DNA of 64,000 bases, from the IMG/VR virus record IMGVR_UViG_3300042539_001740. One strand, 5' to 3'. Shown piece after piece: positions 59,301 through 64,000 of this stretch. Under the pieces are notes generated by a model, which did not search any database, was not told the DNA's origin, and worked only from the letters and a program-made list of their open reading frames with translations. This stretch comes from a virus (Duplodnaviria > Caudoviricetes). The translations under genes were made by a program, and so were the position numbers. Position 1 is the stretch's first letter. The number at the start of each line of letters is the position of its first letter.

Positions 59301-60720
59301 TTTAGCAACATCAGAATCACTTCAGATTTTAAACCAAATGGCAAATCAAGGTGGAAACAGAGGTGGTGCAACACAAAGTGTATCCTTATATAATTTATAT
59401 AAGAACAGAAGTTATACTTGTAATATTGATATGTTGGGAAATGCTTTAATACAACCAACAATGTACTTTAATTTAAGAAACGTACCTATGTTTAGTGGTT
59501 CGTATTATATTACTTCAGTATCACACAACATCACAGATTCAAGTTTTGAAACTAGTTTTGAGGGAGTTAGACAACCAGTACCAAATTTACCAAAGATTGA
59601 TAATTACATACAAAATCTTAGAGCTAACTTGGTGAGTAAAATTACTGAATTGATTAAACAACAAAGTACAACAACTACAGTACAACAAAATACAAACGTT
59701 AATAGTGTTACAAATAATGTTACAAGTAATGCTGGTAATGGTGCTTCACAACAAGTTTCTCAAACAACAAATGAAGCTTGTAAACCAGTTGAACAATATA
59801 GTAAATTTGTTAACAATACTACACCTACTGAGGTTACAATTAATTATCAAGATTTGATTAAAGAAATAAAAGGTCAATCTAATGATGATAAACTACTTTA
59901 TACTATTTTCTTTTGGTCTTATACAAATTCATTCAATGGTAAAGATGGACTAAGAGTTATTGGAAATAATCCAGGTTATTTATCTATTGACCAATATTTT
60001 GGTACAATTGGAAATGAAAAATATTTCTGTACAACGAAAAATATTCCGTATGTTGAGTTTAGTTCGTTGTCAAATTATGTTGAGTTTCTTATTAAAAGAT
60101 GGCAATCAAGGGTTATTACTTTACAAAGTAATGGAGAACAAATCAATGTGGATGATTACGTTAAATTTGCTTATATAAATTCATTTGCTGATAGTGTTGG
60201 TAAAGGAACTGAGAGTTACAATAAAATGGTTGGAACTAATGACTTTCAAAAATATAAGGATGACTTTAATAAAGCACTACAAATATTAAAACCAGCAACT
60301 AATGTTGTAACTCAAATTACACCACCACCAGCACCGCCACAACCTTCGATTTTACAAGAAACAATTGTCACTGGTGGATTAGATGGTAGTTTCCAAAGAT
60401 TAACTATACAAATAAAACCAAATAGTGGTTTGTGGAAAATATTTGCAGTTAATTTGGATTGGACTTCATCAGCATTGTGTTCACGAAGTGGTAAAAATAA
60501 ATCTATACCAGAATATATTAGTACAGACCAACAATCAGTATTGATAAATAATACTGATTTAATATCACGAATTGGTTGTAGTGGTGTCTCTAGAAATGAT
60601 TTTATTGGAACATACAATTTTGTGATTTGGGTTTACGTTAATCCTGTTTTAGCTGATGGTAGAACAGACCAAAACAGACAACAAGAAATAGGAAAATATC
60701 CGATACAGATTGTATTGTAG
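53368..60720 (+). CDS. Very large baseplate hub protein (gp27/gpD-like core with large insertions)
   Basis: 2450 aa; N-terminal GIKSISVTI..FEPVISIKMIDIRG and C-terminal IDMLGNALIQPTMYF.L.NVPMFSGSYYITSVSHNI...FETSFEGVR hub motifs. Confidence 0.75.
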   Translation: MVDRPENILVDFDYNNIIVVDPNKIIDEDGRAKDRHIRMENMVYYANLECKVVPRTKLAVGVAANDAIQTVSVASLNFLQPGGEDYLNTKWTDEITGKDSLKGQGINQPIKNQFQNPNKSDDYYVRQTINTGGKPGATDTGLLGIKSISVTINTAFEPVISIKMIDIRGKALFESGDSSPYAVFFNLPYPLFYLTLKGYLGKAIRLPLMLYKFGASFNTGSGNFDVDLQFYTYKYNVMTEITMAGLLATPYMYKTNLRIQERSGVPNQSANVQDRTVTRGYQKIQEVYSEYKSKGIIPDDFPELTLMEMKDRLDIFIKNKMDTFAKENLQPLSDCESYRVNLAEYYGDVYFYAGNQSWFNRNMDTQNFIVLTDKKTRVYTFTKVIDTPDKRNTAESELIGKINDNNKKLKTNQTVGEDGKYKIGKKPEVKSAINFSISIDTFRKVVQIKDIDIAETFLQRKKKEPTPAELETFQAELELQLEFQAGSFKTKNGDIKQEKKYFFFEGDGSFTSIVQQMNTDLKRIKEDIENALTETLADLLQNKNNGIGFVPNIRNVLAVFFANGEAFLRLMDDVHTKAWNERNSDVRKKAIFDPQVAGASQDNINPGDDTNTPIYPWPQFIVATNGENGQEKYEIRYPGDQSLISRTQGYLYDKWPEIEFVEEFIKGLTERDPERKEIGPTTNEVLDIKRASINAIEFPITNQVYSNKEEVKFFYEIYERLIYLVNFSKITRANNTNSTADEISNVLAEFESGNLLDSLGVNSPFIIMKLKNLGFNAQTFPLILRQISNGGIGESWQNYIRGIFNTKYIRNQISNSSFEFIKSSDFISRATEPQLSIVDEDKLQNFIDDSTAGNKVDFTDTFPFTNLNWCKNNLANGVGVSTVNQAMDTKDVIFYNKNKKVITNFNQDTTFNQIRPITHFVFQNVSEPSVTEDNLKTFLQSRTTDYKLQLITEGNVDYSNYNGNLGLANQTSSMFNTPYFTNSIQEAIQKFRNGDPYPFTVPAYLFLNSLPLATPKEKYKSWDFGEEKTLSYIFASLKKYSGVHKVPYAWLLKLGSVWHRYKKYVESTNNFDILDNSWKNFNSLVNYDPVTSAATKTYSLTINNANVDIVLEDINTIGVGTGTTTSVIMNVGFYPKLINDFNVFYQGYEIIKSNQQINGIARVTGGTILTISSVNLDQLTIGNILGGTSFLAGTTILSQINGTPGGIGQYTINLPQSVTDSNFFITNSQSVGYSDTLIQQALSSGLTMEYVAEAIINETNSARNLNTKIIPWSVSVKTPAGKFWYQIPSSGSLFNQTKLECFKKTSTNGISSVVIPVTGNTAIHNGAVRTFWTAPNYGYFDNNKLTKPSYDSYLKYINPSSDDQENFSFSPVTPSKIEELLSIFPKDVLDGFETEFLKFSRSVYDIESDGSTNIPGGINEIPSKAAFKNFQALMRDMMKIPVITGNTGEEIVSTIQTSQFEKINSYLSDFLLYDIYFKFGNPSNYDRKLFLTFSNEEVVDPIVWEKYQIITPNSVPVNGNPTLLFSEVNYPNVWKALRTYVGFSTIQDISYKNSGSYITDFFVDFNVAFTEDNVKSFAQIIKIYATQKLNQFQVNQIEPPQSPPTQPTQIVGITYLKNLFTINIEYYDGKYRTIYKNSGGTPLFESKYESIPLSLRAANNFNVTATTNVYYSAITNQVIETAYNSLSNNPNDPQYIVRQEFVEPQTYTPTPNTTQQKGKNAFQTAMSSYLSQVDNFRDKIVNNLIPKLQKSLANVNMTVEEQKPSKLTGEPQPKVELWESFKALNDKWISGNDYKTKTLFEDVLLLDRANKNIGEEVLIDIFSISDQITNINASASLYSYVTGILQLNHFVVLTIPNYINFYNVQDAIKDPKPRLEGTAEFANTLFGTFLNVDYRESTAKMVCTYAGKASEQPDVKSVDFRFRSDSFDLTRASDNPLVENQVGKKDWDKSNRVVGFNVDIGPQNQGVFKNFSVGQNSSLATSESLQILNQMANQGGNRGGATQSVSLYNLYKNRSYTCNIDMLGNALIQPTMYFNLRNVPMFSGSYYITSVSHNITDSSFETSFEGVRQPVPNLPKIDNYIQNLRANLVSKITELIKQQSTTTTVQQNTNVNSVTNNVTSNAGNGASQQVSQTTNEACKPVEQYSKFVNNTTPTEVTINYQDLIKEIKGQSNDDKLLYTIFFWSYTNSFNGKDGLRVIGNNPGYLSIDQYFGTIGNEKYFCTTKNIPYVEFSSLSNYVEFLIKRWQSRVITLQSNGEQINVDDYVKFAYINSFADSVGKGTESYNKMVGTNDFQKYKDDFNKALQILKPATNVVTQITPPPAPPQPSILQETIVTGGLDGSFQRLTIQIKPNSGLWKIFAVNLDWTSSALCSRSGKNKSIPEYISTDQQSVLINNTDLISRIGCSGVSRNDFIGTYNFVIWVYVNPVLADGRTDQNRQQEIGKYPIQIVL

Positions 60721-60765
60721 TTTTTTTTTTCAGTTACAACAGATATTTATATAAAAACTAAAAAT

Positions 60766-60990
60766 ATGAGTGTAAAATTAATTTTAGATAATTACTTAGG
60801 TAAAAATACTAGAACCTCTGAAAAAGATATGGGGGATGGTACTAAACAAGTTTGTGATTTAGACACTGGTGAATGTTACACAGTGAGAATGAAAGATGGT
60901 CTTATTGAAAGAGTTGATAATACAATGAGAACTCATAAAAAAATTCAAGTTGAAACAACAACAGGAATAAAACAACTATTAAATGGTTAA
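60766..60990 (+). CDS. Hypothetical protein
   Basis: 74-aa ORF preceded by TATTTAT (60744-60750). Confidence 0.7.
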   Translation: MSVKLILDNYLGKNTRTSEKDMGDGTKQVCDLDTGECYTVRMKDGLIERVDNTMRTHKKIQVETTTGIKQLLNG

Positions 60991-60992
60991 TA

Positions 60993-61709
60993 ATGAAAAC
61001 TGACTTAAGAATTTTAGAAGAACTAAAGAGATATAATCAAATTAATAAATACATAAACGAACAAGAACTACCACCAGCACCAGGGGGAGAAGTTCCACCA
61101 GTACCTGGAGGGGAAATACCACCAGCACCAGGGGGAGAAGTTCCACCAGCAGGTGATGTTCCAGCTCCAGCTCCTGATACTGCAGCAGGAGCACCTGCAC
61201 CACCAACAGCACCACTACCTGAACCAATTGACACAGAGTCCGACCCTGATGTTGAAAAATTAGGAGACGAAAAGAAAAAAGGTGATAAGGAAGAAATTGA
61301 AGTCACTGATTTAGTTAAAGGACAAAAATCTGTTGAAGAAAAACAAGATGAATATTTCGAAAGTTTATTCAACCATCTCAATGATTTGGAATCCAAATTA
61401 AATGCTATGGATGGTATATTAGATAGATTAAATTCTATTGAAACTAAAATTGAAAAATACAGAGTTAAAACACCTGAAGAAAAATTAGAACTTAGAACTT
61501 TAGATTCAGGTCCTTTTAACCAAAAATTAAGTAAGTTTTTTGAAGACAAGGAGGAGGAAATGGAAGCGAGTGGAAAAAATGAATATGTTTTAACCACAGA
61601 CGAAGTTGAAAGTTATTCACCTAATGAAATTAAAAGAAGTTTCAGAGATTTTGGTGATACTGAGATGACTCCTGAAAATGACGTAAGTAAATTCAAAAAA
61701 ATATATTAG
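60993..61709 (+). CDS. Hypothetical protein with Pro/Gly/acidic low-complexity region and coiled coil
   Basis: PPAPGGEV repeats followed by a predicted coiled coil. Confidence 0.75.
   Translation: MKTDLRILEELKRYNQINKYINEQELPPAPGGEVPPVPGGEIPPAPGGEVPPAGDVPAPAPDTAAGAPAPPTAPLPEPIDTESDPDVEKLGDEKKKGDKEEIEVTDLVKGQKSVEEKQDEYFESLFNHLNDLESKLNAMDGILDRLNSIETKIEKYRVKTPEEKLELRTLDSGPFNQKLSKFFEDKEEEMEASGKNEYVLTTDEVESYSPNEIKRSFRDFGDTEMTPENDVSKFKKIY
61071..61160 (+). repeat. 24-nt tandem repeat (ccaccagcaccagggggagaagtt), about 3.5 copies, in-frame
   Basis: Units at 61071, 61095, 61119 and a partial unit at 61143, encoding PPAPGGEV. Confidence 0.85.
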
Positions 61710-61716
61710 AACTTAA

Positions 61717-61748
61717 TTTGACAAACCCACGGCTGACACTTACTATTG
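61717..61748 (+). promoter_or_regulatory. Early/middle-type promoter TTTGACA-N17-TACTATTG upstream of ssb
   Basis: ttgaca 61718-61723 and tactat 61741-61746; also fits TTTG-N20-TAnn(A)TTG. No TATTTAT motif here. Confidence 0.65.
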
Positions 61749-61785
61749 TGTATAATATTTCTTAACAAAAAACTTTTTAAACATT

Positions 61786-62637
61786 ATGGCGACAAATCCA
61801 TTAGATGCTATTTTAGCTCAGTACGAACAATCACAAAAATCAGGTAGTAATACCAACAAAATGTCTCAAGATGAGAGAATGAAGAAATACTTCGCAGCTC
61901 TTCTTAAGGACAATGAAAAACAAGGACAAAAAAGATTAAGAATCCTTCCAACTACAGATGGAAGTTCACCTTTCAAAGAGGTGTGGTTTCACGAAATCCA
62001 AGTAGATGGTAAATGGCAAAAGTTCTATGACCCAGGTAAAAATGATAATGAGCGTTCTCCACTTACAGAAGTATATGAAGAACTTATGTCAACTGGTAGA
62101 GATGCCGACAAAGAACTTGCAAAACAATACAAACCTCGTAAATTTTACATTGTTAAACTTATCGACAGAGATAATGAAAACGATGGAGTTAAGTTTTGGA
62201 GATTCAAACACAACTACAAAAACGAAGGTATCTTAGATAAACTTATTCCTATCTTTAGAGCAAAAGGTGATGTAACCGATTCTCAAAAAGGTAGAGATAT
62301 TATCTTAGAGATGACCAAAGCAAAAACCCCAAAGGGTGCAACATATACAGTTATTCAAACTATTATGTATGATGACCCAGCTCCACTCCACGAAAACAAA
62401 GAAACAGCTGAAGGTTGGTTGAATGATGAACTATCTTGGGCTGATGTTTACTCTAAAAAACCAGTAGAATACTTGGAAGCTATTGCCAAAGGTGAAACAC
62501 CAAGATGGGATAGTGAAAAGGGTGGTTATGTTTATAGTAACTCAGATTCAGGTGAAGTTGTATTAGGTGGTAAATCCACACCAACTTATTTGGACGATTC
62601 TGATGATTTCGAACCAAGTGGTGACCTTCCGTTCTAA
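61786..62637 (+). CDS. Single-stranded DNA-binding protein (T4 gp32-like)
   Basis: RLRILP...PFKEVWFH, YIVKLIDR...GVKFWRF, GRDIIL, and acidic C-terminal tail DDSDDFEPSGDLPF. Confidence 0.85.
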   Translation: MATNPLDAILAQYEQSQKSGSNTNKMSQDERMKKYFAALLKDNEKQGQKRLRILPTTDGSSPFKEVWFHEIQVDGKWQKFYDPGKNDNERSPLTEVYEELMSTGRDADKELAKQYKPRKFYIVKLIDRDNENDGVKFWRFKHNYKNEGILDKLIPIFRAKGDVTDSQKGRDIILEMTKAKTPKGATYTVIQTIMYDDPAPLHENKETAEGWLNDELSWADVYSKKPVEYLEAIAKGETPRWDSEKGGYVYSNSDSGEVVLGGKSTPTYLDDSDDFEPSGDLPF

Positions 62638-62653
62638 AAATATTTTTTAACCC

Positions 62654-62684
62654 GAACCCCATTAACAAAGTGGGGTTCATTTTT
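62654..62684 (+). terminator. Intrinsic terminator/attenuator after ssb
   Basis: gaaccccat/gtggggttc stem plus T-tract. Confidence 0.7.
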
Positions 62685-62693
62685 AAATCCTAA

Positions 62694-62921
62694 ATGAAAA
62701 TTCAAATTAAAATGATTGATGCTCTTGCTCTTAAATACGAGAGTGAGATAGCAGAGGCTGAGGCCACTTTATTGGTTTATTTCTCTAACTCAGTTGGTAT
62801 TGGTGAACATCCACAACATTTAGAAGAAATGGACAAGTATGTTGAGAAAATGGCTAATGCTAAAGACAAGTTGGAAACACTAAAAGAATTTGTAAAATAT
62901 AATTTAAACGATGGCAATTAA
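62694..62921 (+). CDS. Hypothetical coiled-coil protein
   Basis: 75 aa, GIGEHPQ motif, overlaps the recA start. Confidence 0.7.
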   Translation: MKIQIKMIDALALKYESEIAEAEATLLVYFSNSVGIGEHPQHLEEMDKYVEKMANAKDKLETLKEFVKYNLNDGN

Positions 62922-63915
62922 GAAAACGGATTTCAGTAGTATTAAAAAGAAGTTCTCCACCTCAGCAAAGTACAAACAACAAAGATACTTTGACTTGGGT
63001 ACTGAGTTCTTGGATGCTGTTGGATTACCAGGTCCTGCTGTAGGTCACCTAAATATGTTTTTAGGTCACTCTGATACTGGTAAAACAACTGCTTTAGTAA
63101 AAACTGCAGTAGATGCTCAAAGAAAGGGTATTCTACCTGTGTTCATAATCACAGAACAAAAATGGAGTTTTGAGCACGCAAAATTGATGGGACTACAATG
63201 TGAAGAAGTTGTGGACGAAGAAACGGGTGAAGTTGATTGGGATGGTTTTTATATCTTCAACAATAACTTCGAATACATTGAACAAATCACAGATTATATC
63301 AACGACTTACTTGATGCACAAGAAAAAGGTGACCTTGAATATAGTTTATGTTTTATGTGGGACTCAGTTGGGTCAATTCCTTGTAAAATGACATTTGAAG
63401 GTAAAGGTGGTAAACAACATAACGCCTCAGTTCTTGCCGATAAAATTGGTATGGGTATCAACCAAAGAATCTCAGGTTCTAGAAAAGCGGATTCAAAGTT
63501 TGAAAATACTTTGATTATCGTTAACCAACCTTGGGTTGAATTACCTGATAACCCATTTGGACAACCAAAGATTAAAGCTAAAGGTGGTGAAGCAATATGG
63601 TTGAACTCTTCTTTGGTATTTTTGTTTGGTAATCAAAAAGGTGCTGGAACAACCAAGATTACGGCAACTAAAGATAAGAGAAGTGTTAAGTTCGCTTCAA
63701 GAACAAAAGTATCTGTATTAAAGAACCACATTAATGGTTTGGGATATGATGATGGTAAGATAATTGTAACTCCCCACGGATTCTTATCAGGTAAAGATAC
63801 AACAGAAGAAAAAGTTTCTATTGAAAAATATAAGAAAGAATACGCAGATTATTGGAAAGATTTATTAGGTTTGGAGGGAGATTTTGATTTGAAAGAAGAA
63901 AAAGAATATGAATAA
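62911..63915 (+). CDS. recA: RecA/UvsX-like recombinase
   Basis: Walker A GHSDTGKTT, Walker B FMWDSVG, IIVNQ and KGGEA motifs. Confidence 0.9.
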   Translation: MAIKKTDFSSIKKKFSTSAKYKQQRYFDLGTEFLDAVGLPGPAVGHLNMFLGHSDTGKTTALVKTAVDAQRKGILPVFIITEQKWSFEHAKLMGLQCEEVVDEETGEVDWDGFYIFNNNFEYIEQITDYINDLLDAQEKGDLEYSLCFMWDSVGSIPCKMTFEGKGGKQHNASVLADKIGMGINQRISGSRKADSKFENTLIIVNQPWVELPDNPFGQPKIKAKGGEAIWLNSSLVFLFGNQKGAGTTKITATKDKRSVKFASRTKVSVLKNHINGLGYDDGKIIVTPHGFLSGKDTTEEKVSIEKYKKEYADYWKDLLGLEGDFDLKEEKEYE

Positions 63916-64000
63916 ACTAAAAGTAATATCACTATTTTCTGGTTATGGTACACAAGAGTTGGCACTGAAATACATTGGTGCTAACTATGAAGATGTTGCA
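63908..64000 (+). CDS. DNA cytosine-5 methyltransferase, N-terminal fragment (runs off the window)
   Basis: MNKLKVISLFSGYGTQELAL = motif I (SAM-binding FxGxG). Confidence 0.75.
   Translation, partial: MNKLKVISLFSGYGTQELALKYIGANYEDVA

Noticed and set aside
1-64000. Stop-codon reassignment (TAG/TGA recoding) as in some large phages
   Set aside because: Long conserved genes (polB, sheath, hub, RecA) are intact under code 11 and the coding density is high.
1-64000. Eukaryotic giant virus (NCLDV) or bacterial chromosome origin
   Set aside because: The contractile tail sheath, tube, tape measure, baseplate, gp32-like SSB, RecA/UvsX and intrinsic terminators identify a tailed bacteriophage.

Overview
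This is a 64-kb segment of a very AT-rich (roughly 30% GC, by eye) large/jumbo dsDNA myophage, read with the standard genetic code. The host is probably Bacteroidota: start regions are A-rich without Shine-Dalgarno sequences, and one TTTG-N19-TAnnTTTG promoter is present. Layout from left to right: (1) a minus-strand block with a 3'-5' exonuclease, a GT-B glycosyltransferase, a free-standing homing endonuclease, a stand-alone WYL protein and hypothetical genes (1-5.3 kb); (2) a ~15.6-kb plus-strand virion appendage locus of Thr/Pro (mucin-like), Cys-rich, Gly-rich and fibre proteins ending in a Peptidase_S74 tail fibre; (3) immediately after it, four soluble glycosyltransferases (GT60/Gnt-like, GT25, two HtrL/WlaTC-like); (4) a candidate ~200-nt structured ncRNA; (5) family B DNA polymerase; (6) neck protein, an Fe/Mn superoxide dismutase fused to two nuclease-like domains, and a SNF2 helicase; (7) the tail module (head closure, tail terminator, sheath, Hef-like endonuclease, HAD protein, tube, chaperone with probable frameshift, tape measure, very large baseplate proteins); (8) gp32-like SSB, RecA/UvsX and the start of a C5 methyltransferase. 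The strongest candidate for a new system is phage-encoded mucin-type O-glycosylation of its own PT/PTVT-repeat virion appendages. Other notable items are the SOD-nuclease polyprotein with IxE/LxE linkers, the ncRNA, a pseudoknot upstream of polB and a recurring TATTTAT promoter motif. All family assignments come from motif recognition by eye; no database searches were run.
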